Positions 9,745 to 18,141 of a stretch of DNA of 18,141 nt are shown here, piece by piece (position 1 is the first letter of the stretch; the number at the start of each line of letters is the position of its first letter). The notes under the pieces were generated by a model that was not told where the DNA came from, did not search any database, and worked only from the letters and a program-made list of their open reading frames with translations. The stretch comes from Octopus sinensis. Its lineage: Eukaryota. Both the position numbers and the translations under genes were made by a program. The stretch covers positions 1 through 18,141 of the forward strand of contig NW_021824589.1 in NCBI RefSeq assembly GCF_006345805.1. The letters are read 5' to 3'.

Positions 9745-10140
9745 AGTAGTGGTGAGATATGACAGCAAAGAAAAGCATACATTCACTCTCTGCATGCAAT
9801 TTAGACTCGGAAAGTTCGTGAGGAAACCCATTGACCCAATTTGCTGACTTTTCCGATAGCACACAGTGTCAATGAATGGTTGAATGACCAAATCCAAGCT
9901 TCTCTGCTAGTTCCTCAACAGTTACGATGATATTTTGTTCCACCAGGGTTTTCAGGATGTCCTTGTCGAGTTCTACAGATCTTTCAGGAGAGCTCGTCTT
10001 CTAGGCTGTAGTTTATGGCTGGGATTTCTGGAACCACCATTGACACTGCTTACGCTATTGTCCAATCCCCATATACTGCATTAATATTTCTTGTAGTGTT
10101 TGCACACCTTTATATTCTGTGATTTTTATATGTTTCAGCC
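9745..10140 (-). pseudogene. Mariner (Mos1-type) transposase N-terminal fragment
   Basis: Minus frames give TRNINAVYG, QCQWWFQK, YSLEDE, SVELDKDILKTLVEQNIIVTVEELAEKLGFGHSTIH and GKVSKLGQWV(fs)PHELSE (WVPHEL motif). Confidence 0.85.
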
Positions 10141-10159
10141 TTGAGGTTGTGGCATGCTG

Positions 10160-10460
10160 GATCATGTGTGTGTGTGTGTGGTGTGTGTGGTCTATCTGTC
10201 TGTCTGTCTGTATGTTATATGTATATGTATGTGTGTGAACAATAATATTTTCAACAGATGTGTGGCAAATGTATCTGATTGTCTCAAGCTTCAATACTGT
10301 GTGTGTGTGTATGTGTGTGTGTGTATGTATGTATGTATATGTATGTATGTATGTATAGTATGTATGTATGTATGTGTTATGTATGTATGTGTTGTGTATG
10401 TATGTGTCTGTGTATGTGGTGTGTGTGTGTATGTATGTATGTATGTATGTATGTATGAGT
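10160..10460. repeat. Compound (TG)n/(TATG)n microsatellites
   Basis: Direct reading. Confidence 0.85.
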
Positions 10461-10877
10461 GTATGTTACTTTATTACTAATTACTCTCTTCCAAGAACAT
10501 TTTCACTCACTCTAGCTCTTAGCTTCCCATACATTTACTCATGTATCTATCAGCGTCATAGACAGAATACTTTCACTTTAGTCTTCCTCAAATCACTCTT
10601 CGCTATTTACTTTCATTTATTCGTTGCCCACTGTGTGTGTGCGTTTGCGTGTGGTTGTAAACCCGACTAAGAAAAGCATTTGACACAAACACCAGAATGT
10701 GAGTTTTCTGTAAATTTTGCTTAATTGGAGTTTAAATTTTAAAAACTGGACCTGGCATGACGCGATGCTGTACTCTCAAAAATGCTAGGTAAATTGTAAT
10801 TGAAGAAATCCTATATTGTAGATTTCTATAACTCCCAAAGGGAGGCAGATAAATCTGCCTTTTATAATAAGATATAC

Positions 10878-10916
<39 letters not shown>

Positions 10917-10978
10917 AATATATATATATATATAATATATATATATAATAATATAATATATATATATATATATATATT
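10878..10978. repeat. (TA)n microsatellite
   Basis: Direct reading. Confidence 0.9.
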
Positions 10979-11196
10979 TGAGTAGTTGAATGAATTATCT
11001 TATTAAGGATAATTCGAAAGATAACCGATACCCTGGGTAGCAAATTCACATCAGAAAGAACACGGTTGACTACGTCCCTAGGGTGTAGACTACGTGTTGT
11101 CTTCGTGCGGCGGAAATGTTGTTGTTTATTTAAAATAAAGGATATTTGTTAACTAGTCGTTCAAACTCCATTCTTCATATACTTATAATTTTAAAA

Positions 11197-11219
11197 GATA
11201 TATATATATATTATATATA

Positions 11220-11307
<88 letters not shown>

Positions 11308-11310
11308 ATA
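11197..11310. repeat. (TA)n microsatellite
   Basis: Direct reading. Confidence 0.9.
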
Positions 11311-11315
11311 CAATA

Positions 11316-11479
11316 TACGACAGCTTCTTTCAGTTTCCGTCTACCAAACCCATTCACAAGGCTTTGGTCGGCCCGAGGCTTCTAGTAGAAGACACTTGCC
11401 CAAGGTGCTACGCAGTGGGAATGACCCAGAACCATGTGGTTCGTAAGCAAGCTACTCACCACACAGCCACTCCCGCGCC
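11316..11479 (-). mobile_element. tRNA-SINE family A, 5' half
   Basis: Highly similar to 8949-9085 and 12116-12261; tRNA-like head at the high-coordinate end; body CCTTGGGCAAGTGTCTTCTAC on the minus strand. Confidence 0.85.
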
Positions 11480-11484
11480 TATAT

Positions 11485-11519
<35 letters not shown>

Positions 11520-11524
11520 TTTTT

Positions 11525-12078
11525 TTTCTCTTATGAGGTTTTTCACGCTATCTACCATATAATTTCTTGTTAAGATTCCTTATTAAGAAGTTATCCTTAA
11601 TTGTTAAATAATTTTATTCCGAAAAAACTTTTCCTATCCGAAATGCAATTCGAAGAAGCCTGCCATTTACCGGATGTATTATATGTAAACTTCCCCATGT
11701 GCTTCGTTGGGGTTGAACAGTTAGCTCTTTGGCTTCGACGAGACAGGTCGTTTATCTATGATGCGTTCAGAACCAGTCTTGCTGATGAGTACGTAAGTAC
11801 GAAATCACAGGTGATACAAGACTAAATTCATTTATTAAATGTCTTGCTTTGAAAAATTGCATTTGGGTAGGATTAGTAAATTTTTTTGTAGAAATGACTA
11901 ATGTCCCTCTTAGCGTGTGGCATGTATGTATAATAATGCCCTCTATATATAAATTAATATGTTCAATAAGAAAGAATTATTTTCGAAATGTTTCTCTTAT
12001 GAGGTTTTTCACGCTATCTACCTGATAATTTCTTGTTAAGATTCCTTATTAAGAAGTTATCCTTAATTGTTAAATAAT

Positions 12079-12079
<1 letters not shown>
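11525..12079 (+). mobile_element. Hammerhead cassette bounded by 89-bp direct repeats (466-nt period); retrozyme- or PLE pLTR-like
   Basis: 11525-11613 is nearly identical to 11991-12079, the HHR lies at 11775-11823 between them, and (TA)n tracts flank both sides. Confidence 0.65.
11775..11823 (+). ncRNA. Type I hammerhead ribozyme, fully canonical
   Basis: AGTCTTG CTGATGA GTAC GTAA GTAC GAAA TCACAGGTGA TA CAAGACT. 7-bp Watson-Crick stem I, 4-bp stem II with a GNRA loop, paired stem III; predicted cleavage after 11816. Confidence 0.9.
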
Positions 12080-12115
<36 letters not shown>

Positions 12116-12118
<3 letters not shown>

Positions 12119-12261
12119 CAGGCTTCTTTCAGTTTCCATCTACCAAACTCACTCACTAGGCTTTGTTCGGCCCAAGGCTATAGTAGAAGACACTTGCCCA
12201 AGTAGAACTGAACCCGGAACCATGTGGTTCGTTAGCAAGCTACTTAACCACACAGCCACTC
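12116..12261 (-). mobile_element. tRNA-SINE family A, 5' half with a small deletion
   Basis: Matches 11316-11479 except for about 14 nt missing after CACTTGCCCAAG. Confidence 0.8.
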
Positions 12262-12998
12262 AGCAATAATATAAACATCTGTAACTATGACCTCTTTCCA
12301 CGTGATACTTTTTTTAATTTCCAAAATAGGGTTTGTATCTCAAAATAATAACTAGCTCTAAGTACTATATATGATGGTGTTCAATACCAAGGGAACTCAC
12401 CATCAAACAGTTTAGCGATTGTGATATTGCAGTAAAGGTTAAATGGTTACACGAAGCAAGTTTTCTGATATATTGAAAATAAACAATTGTAAGTTGTAGC
12501 CTGCAACGTTTCCGAAATTCTTTTGACAAGCCGTTATATCAAATACATTTATCGAGAGATGGGCGGCATTTCTGCATTGAAAAATGTTAAGCAAGTATGT
12601 TTCTCTTCTTCTTTTCTTTTATTTATTTTGAATTTCATTTGTTTTATTTTTATTTATTCATTTGTTTGTTTTTGCAGAGTTGATTTGTTAGACGATAGAG
12701 ATAAGGTGAAATTGAGACACGGTGGCATAGAAGTGGGTAGTAAGCATTAAAATATGTGTGTAAGTATTAATGTTAATTCATTTAGATGTGTACGTGTGTC
12801 TCCCGTTTGTCTGGATTAGGTGTAAGATAGAGTGGCTTTAAAAATAGTTCTGTGTTATTCTGGTCTCTCTTTGTTGTGTCTACATATTTATTTGATTAGT
12901 AATTATTGATTTTATTTTTATTTTATATCGCATTTTGTGAACTATAGCGTCGCTTCATATTCATTTCCGTCAGCAGGCGAATAACTGATTTATAACAA

Positions 12999-13180
12999 GG
13001 CGGTGAGCTGGCAGAAACGTTAGCACGCCGGGCGAACTCCTTAGTGATATTTCGTCCGCGGTTACGTTCTGAGTTCAAATTCCGCCGAGGTCGACTTTGC
13101 CTTTCATCCTTTCGGGGTCGATTAAATAAGTACCAGTTACGCACTGGAGTCGATATAACCGACTTAATCCGTTTGTCTGT
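12999..13180 (+). mobile_element. tRNA-SINE family B
   Basis: Head GGCGGTGAGCTGGCAGAA (A-box-like) and GAGTTCAAATTCC (B-box-like); body GTCGACTTTGCCTTTCATCCTTTCGGGG shared with the adjacent copy. Confidence 0.8.
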
Positions 13181-13190
13181 AAAGAAATAA

Positions 13191-13396
13191 GAAACGTTAG
13201 CACGCCGGGCGAAATTCTTAGCGGCATTTCCTCTGTCTTTACGTTGTCAGTTCAAATTCAGCTGAGGTCGACTTTGCCTTTCATCCTTTCGGGGGCGATA
13301 AATTAAGTATCAGTTGCGTTCTAGAGTCGTTCTAATCGAATGGCCCCACTACACCAAAAAAGTTTCGGGCCTTGTGCCTAGAGTAGAAAAGAATAT
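13191..13396 (+). mobile_element. tRNA-SINE family B, 5'-truncated second copy with a different 3' end
   Basis: GAAACGTTAGCACGCCGGGCGAA...GAGGTCGACTTTGCCTTTCATCCTTTCGGGG repeats 13014-13125. Confidence 0.75.
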
Positions 13397-13724
13397 TTCT
13401 TGCCAATAGAGAAAGAGCCGGTTTCTAACCTAGATTTAAGACTTCTTCATTGGGTTCTTTTGTTTGTATGTATGTATATGTGCAAATTTGTATGTTTCGC
13501 TTTACGTATGTATTCTCATGCATATAGTTGTATATCTTACACATGCTCATATATATTTAAACGATAAACTTCTGGAAAGTTTTACAGATTTTTTCAGTTC
13601 CAGTGATAGCTTGGATCAGTAGTCTTCGAATTAACTTTCTCCTTTCTAGTTTTCAGAAGCCTAATTTCTCAAGATTTGTATTTAGTCAATGTATTACGAA
13701 ACCCAGGGCTCCAATAATTACAGG

Positions 13725-13930
13725 TATATGTATGTATGTACGTATGTATTGTCGTATGTATGTATGTATGTACGTATGTATGTCTGTATGTATGTATGTA
13801 TGTACGTATGTATGTCTGTATGTATGTATATATGTGTGTGTTGTGTGTATGTATGTGTTTATGTGTATGTGTGTGTTTGTGTGTGTGGGGTGTTTGTGTG
13901 TGTATGTGTCTGTGAGTGTGTGTGGGTGTG
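13725..13930. repeat. (TATG)n/(TG)n microsatellite
   Basis: Direct reading. Confidence 0.9.
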
Positions 13931-14109
13931 TACCTACATTGCTAGCGATAGGAGTTGAAACGCTCTAATGTTGTAGAAAGCACATAACTGTATACATATA
14001 CATAGACAGGGATCCTTATTTCTAGCAATTAAGGTTTTTGTAACACACTAATCCCACTTAGAAACAATTGTAGTTTCCGTTTTGATAGAATATTGCAAAC
14101 TACTGTAAA

Positions 14110-14116
<7 letters not shown>

Positions 14117-14153
<37 letters not shown>

Positions 14154-14179
14154 ATATATATATATATATATATATATAT
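14117..14179. repeat. (TA)n microsatellite
   Basis: Direct reading. Confidence 0.95.
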
Positions 14180-15440
14180 CCTGCTGAAAGACGATGAAAT
14201 CCATGAAGACATGATCTTTTCCGATGTAGTGAGTGTAGAAAAAAAAAGGTTTTACTTGGTTCAAATTGACTGTACTCCATGTGTTGTTATAACGATCTTC
14301 GTCACGGTTATGCTGTAGCTGTTATTGTTGTTGTTGCTGAAACGACTGTTGCCGTTTATCTCTAACTCAATCTTGGTTATATAGAAATATGACTAAATTA
14401 TTCCAGCCTTGATCAAACTATTTTCTTATACTACGTTGTTCTATGAATCTTTTTTTACTTAAGACGGTAAAATGTAAGATATAATATGAGAGAGGCATTT
14501 AGCTGTACTTTCTAGCTGATTGAACGGCTCCGTAAAGGCTTGCCTAACGACTCGTATTTCCTCTGTGTATGTGTATATATTAAATGTTGTTATAAGCTTT
14601 CGCTGTGCTTTCTCTGATAATTCTGTGTGGTTTCTGGTTGGCAAACTTTCATTATTAAAATTTCCATTTTTCAGTTGGCAAAACTGAGAAATTCTTATTG
14701 CTTTCCATAATTTCTCTTTCACTTTCACTTTCACAATAGAACTTAACTTGCCGTCGTTATGACGTTGCATTATAAAGACCAGCTTGTGCGTGAATCTCAT
14801 TTCCAGTTTATATACAAAATCTTACATATAATATATTAGATAGAGAAATGATTCTAGTCTTTTGTCAGTAACGTAATGAATATGCATACAGTCCAACTAT
14901 TACTTCAATTGCAGTGATCCTTTAAATTTATATGACCACACTAGCCGATCATTGTATTTACGGCTTTATGCTAGATTAATTCAAAGTATTATTTAGTGGA
15001 TACGATGTTCTGTTACACAAACTGCTGGAAAATAAATACTTTACGTCTGGTTAAACAGCAAATCTTTCACTGAAAGGGAATATAATCGAAGTGAATACTG
15101 TTTTCTACCAACACATATTGCTAAACAAGTGAAATGTCATCTCACCCTCATCCTCTTGTATCACTCTCACTTCTTTACATTCTCATTCTTCTTTCTCATT
15201 CGCTACTTATTCCACTTCTTCTCTTTCTATCTCTCTCACTTACTCCTTTCCCTCGCACTTCATACTGTCTTACTTTCTCTCCGCCATTTTCCATCTCTTT
15301 GTTGAGCAAGCGCAAGAAAAATACACACAATCAGCACGGAAATGATCAGATGAAAACGTGAGGCTGGGTGACTTCAACACATCCTGTCATATCGATACAT
15401 TATGTCTGTATACCTATATATCTATATCAATATCAATATA

Positions 15441-15577
<137 letters not shown>

Positions 15578-15794
15578 GTATATACATACATATATATATA
15601 TATAATAGAAATATTAAATAACTAAGTCTCTCTAAAAGAGAACAGCGGCAGCGTTCCGGGAAATATAGTTATCGCCATACTAATATGGCATTCTTATAAA
15701 AATAAGAAAAAACAAGTGATGTATTCCACCGAACTAGGTAAATAAAACCATCGAACAGAGATTGTCGGAAGCGACAACACCTATGGCTGGCTAC

Positions 15795-15835
15795 GCTGCA
15801 TTGAAAAGGGGCATACCCCGAAACGCGTCTGTAGC
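15795..15835 (+). ncRNA. Minimal type I hammerhead with compensatory U3-A8 core
   Basis: GCTGCA TTGAAAA GGGG CATA CCCC GAAA CGCG TC TGTAGC. 6-bp stem I, 4-bp GC stem II, palindromic stem III; predicted cleavage after 15829. Confidence 0.75.
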
Positions 15836-16155
15836 TGCTGCCGGTCAGTAGTGTGGAGCGACTGACCTCCTTGTTCGAAGGTTATATGGATACAGTTTGT
15901 GTATCAAATAGCTAACTTAAGGCGATGGCCTCATGGAGCTAATAAGCGGACAGCTTTTTTCTTATTTTTATAAGAATGCCATATTAGTATGGCGATAACT
16001 ATTATTTTCCAGGAACGCTGCCGCTGTTCTCTTTTAGAGAGACTTAGTTATTTAATATTTCTATTATTGAAAACAAGTGGATGTATTCCACCGAAACTAG
16101 GTAAATAAAACCATCGAACAGAGATTGTCGGAAGCGACACCTACTGGCTGGCTAC

Positions 16156-16196
16156 GCTGCATTGAAAAGGGGCAATACCCCGAACGCGTCTGTAGC
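16156..16196 (+). ncRNA. Second copy of the U3-A8 hammerhead, with GAA instead of GAAA
   Basis: GCTGCA TTGAAAA GGGG CAATA CCCC GAA CGCG TC TGTAGC, 361 nt downstream of copy 1. Confidence 0.6.
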
Positions 16197-16367
16197 TGCC
16201 GGTCAGAGTAGTGTGGAGCGACTGACCTCCCTTGTTCGAAGGTTATATGGATACAGTTTGTGTATCAAATAGCTAACTTAAGGCGATGGCCTCATGAGCT
16301 AATAAGCGGACAGCTTTTTTCTTATTTTTATAAGAATGCCATATTAGTATGGCGATACTATTATTTT

Positions 16368-16373
16368 ATATAT

Positions 16374-16466
<93 letters not shown>
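16368..16466. repeat. (TA)n microsatellite
   Basis: Direct reading. Confidence 0.95.
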
Positions 16467-16469
<3 letters not shown>

Positions 16470-16644
16470 TGTATGTATGCATTTTGTATATATTCATACG
16501 TGCATACATAATCTATCTTTTATCTTTTGTCTTTCAATTTACTTGTTCCACCCAACAGAACCAACTTGAAGGGTTTAGTGGAATAATCCTACCTTACTAC
16601 TTGTGATTTTTGAAAAAAGATAGGTAATTACCCGAGACGTCTCG

Positions 16645-16645
<1 letters not shown>

Positions 16646-16726
<81 letters not shown>

Positions 16727-16743
16727 CTCTCTATATATATATA
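16646..16743. repeat. (TATC)n/(TC)n/(TA)n microsatellite
   Basis: Direct reading. Confidence 0.95.
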
Positions 16744-16757
16744 AAATGAATATATTG

Positions 16758-17457
16758 TATAATTATGAGCATAATTATAATGAGGGGTCAGCTAATTGCT
16801 TCGCCACGCACCGAATTTAGAAATAGCAGTTAAAATACTTTTTCCGCTGCCATAAATATCTCCCAGACAGTAACACACTTTTTTTTACGTAGGTAAAGAG
16901 AAAAAATAACGAACGAATCCACACGACTCAGATTACCTACATACGCGTTTCGAGATTAAAGTAAAGTTATATTTACTTACTTATTTCACTTATCAGTGCA
17001 GAATTTCAAATATAGAGTTGAGAGTGTTAGAATTAAATATGTACGCGATCAAGCGTCATCGCATAACTGATATTTAACCGGCAGTTCCAAAGATATACAA
17101 CCGAATGAGAACACGAATTTATCCTCAAAATCACGTGTGTTACGAGTAATCTCGCAGAAACTGCAGTTTTTGATCAGGGAGTAAATTATATTTCAATACT
17201 AATAATAAAAGATTAAATTAATTAATTAATAATTAGAAATTTTACCAAGTAGTTCGGTACGTTAATATAACCTTTTTGGGTAACATTATACAAATATTCT
17301 ATAATTATAAACATAATTATAATCAGGAGTCAATTGATTGCTTCGCCACGCACAGAATATGGAAATAGCAGTTAAAATACTTTTTCCGCTACCGTAAATA
17401 TCTCCCAGACAGTAATTCTTTTTTTACGTAGGCAAAGAGAAAAAATATCGAATCCAC
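16758..17457 (-). mobile_element. Hammerhead cassette with ~160-bp diverged direct repeats (542-nt period), downstream of a PLE endonuclease remnant
   Basis: 16758-16922 aligns with 17300-17457, and a decayed HHR at 16936-17002 lies on the same strand as the adjacent GIY-YIG fragment. Confidence 0.65.
16936..17002 (-). ncRNA. Decayed type I hammerhead motif (G8A)
   Basis: Minus strand: TCTGCA CTGATAA GTG...CTC GAAA CGCG TA TGTAGG. 6-bp stem I with GU pairs, AAGTAA/TTACTT helix inside stem II, palindromic stem III. Confidence 0.55.
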
Positions 17458-17468
17458 TTATAAGGAGG

Positions 17469-18133
17469 TATTCGTCTGAGGGTTGGGTCCTTTGGGTGCT
17501 TGGATAAAATGCGGATTTCAAGTTGACCCAGGTTGCCTCCATGTTGGTCCTTGGCATGTTGGTAGGGTGTGGGGGACTGTTTTTTGTCGTCATAATGTCT
17601 CAAATTTCCATTTAGTCTTTCCGCAATGCTTCTAGATGTTTCTCCCAGGTACGTCATGTTCATGTCTTTACAAGTACTTCTACGCACCTTACGCTGCAGA
17701 CTACATTTCTATAAATGGATAGCATGTTGTCAACTTAATGTGACAGTCCCATAAAAGGGGAGAATGTTACTGTTATTTAGCCCTAGGAAACACCGTTTCC
17801 TATTCGACTTGACACATTTCCTGTATCCCCATGTTTTCGAAGTCACTTTTATCGGACTGTCACATTAAGTTGACAACATGCTGTCACTTTATCGTGCTGC
17901 TACTGCATGAATCTCTCTGAGAGATTTAGAAATATATTATTTCAACTACATTTCTACTACCGTTAACGCAAGCATTAATCCTATATACTATGCAGTTATC
18001 ATTGGTGCATATGGTATTCTCAAAGGGGTACATCCTACATAGTTGTGATCTGATGGATTTCCCTAACTTTTCAACGAGCTTTCCTAAATCTAGTTCTCCA
18101 TAAGGAATCTTGTAATGCAAATCCCCAAACGAA
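17469..18133 (-). pseudogene. Penelope-like RT-EN linker plus GIY-YIG endonuclease remnant, split by an insertion
   Basis: Minus frames give VEKLGKSIRSQLCRMYPFENTICTNDNCIVYRINACVNGSRNVV | (insertion) | RNVVCSVRC..(fs)..CKDMNMTYLGETSRSIAERLNGNLRHYDDKKQSPTPYQHAKDQHGG...EIRILSKHPKDPTLRRI. Confidence 0.8.
17712..17944. mobile_element. 233-bp structured insertion flanked by a 12-bp duplication
   Basis: ACTACATTTCTA at 17700-17711 and 17945-17956; internal 37-bp inverted repeat 17721-17757/17846-17882 with one mismatch. Confidence 0.7.
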
Positions 18134-18141
18134 ATATATAT

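Larger units (their letters stand above)
15603..16367 (+). mobile_element. Inverted plus tandem hammerhead cassette X'-U-X-U-x (Penelope pseudo-LTR-like)
   Basis: X' 15603-15712 is the reverse complement of X 15955-16066. U1 (~15710-15954) and U2 (~16070-16314) are near-identical, and a partial X follows at 16315-16367. (TA)n flanks both sides. Confidence 0.8.

Noticed and set aside
12523-12750. Candidate 83-nt GT-AG intron (12595-12677) with a good donor and polypyrimidine acceptor
   Set aside because: Splicing gives an immediate stop in the open frame, and the other frames are closed. A non-coding or UTR intron cannot be excluded without RNA-seq.
14180-14215. CTGAAAG...GAAA next to (TA)n
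   Set aside because: Core positions 8-9 are wrong and no stems I or II form.
14459-14800. 113-aa minus-strand ORF as a possible host exon
   Set aside because: No recognisable domain and weak splice signals; BLASTx or RNA-seq would be needed.
15603-16367. CRISPR-like array or LTR element interpretation of the repeats
   Set aside because: The units are long with no unique spacers, and there are no TG...CA termini or primer-binding site; the context is eukaryotic.

Overview
AT-rich (by eye), microsatellite-dense eukaryotic repeat DNA, probably intergenic or intronic. The SINE sequences and repeat landscape resemble an octopus/cephalopod genome (recognition from memory, not a search). No intact host gene is supported, and most ORF-track entries are translated (TA)n, (CA)n, (TATG)n or (TATC)n arrays. 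Transposon content: two decayed mariner (Mos1-type) transposase fragments, one decayed DD41D (rosa-type) transposase, one full-ended 636-bp non-autonomous Helitron, six tRNA-SINE copies or fragments, and two Penelope-like (PLE) GIY-YIG endonuclease remnants. The main signal not explained by the ORFs is nine type I hammerhead-ribozyme (HHR) motifs in 18 kb, from about eight unrelated sequence families. Most have a self-complementary mini stem III, and several sit in direct-repeat or inverted-repeat cassettes bordered by microsatellites. One family carries a compensatory U3-A8 core and occurs as a 361-nt tandem. The PLE-HHR association is established knowledge; the density, these particular families and the variant core are what deserve follow-up. 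All RNA folds were done by hand, and many element boundaries are approximate.
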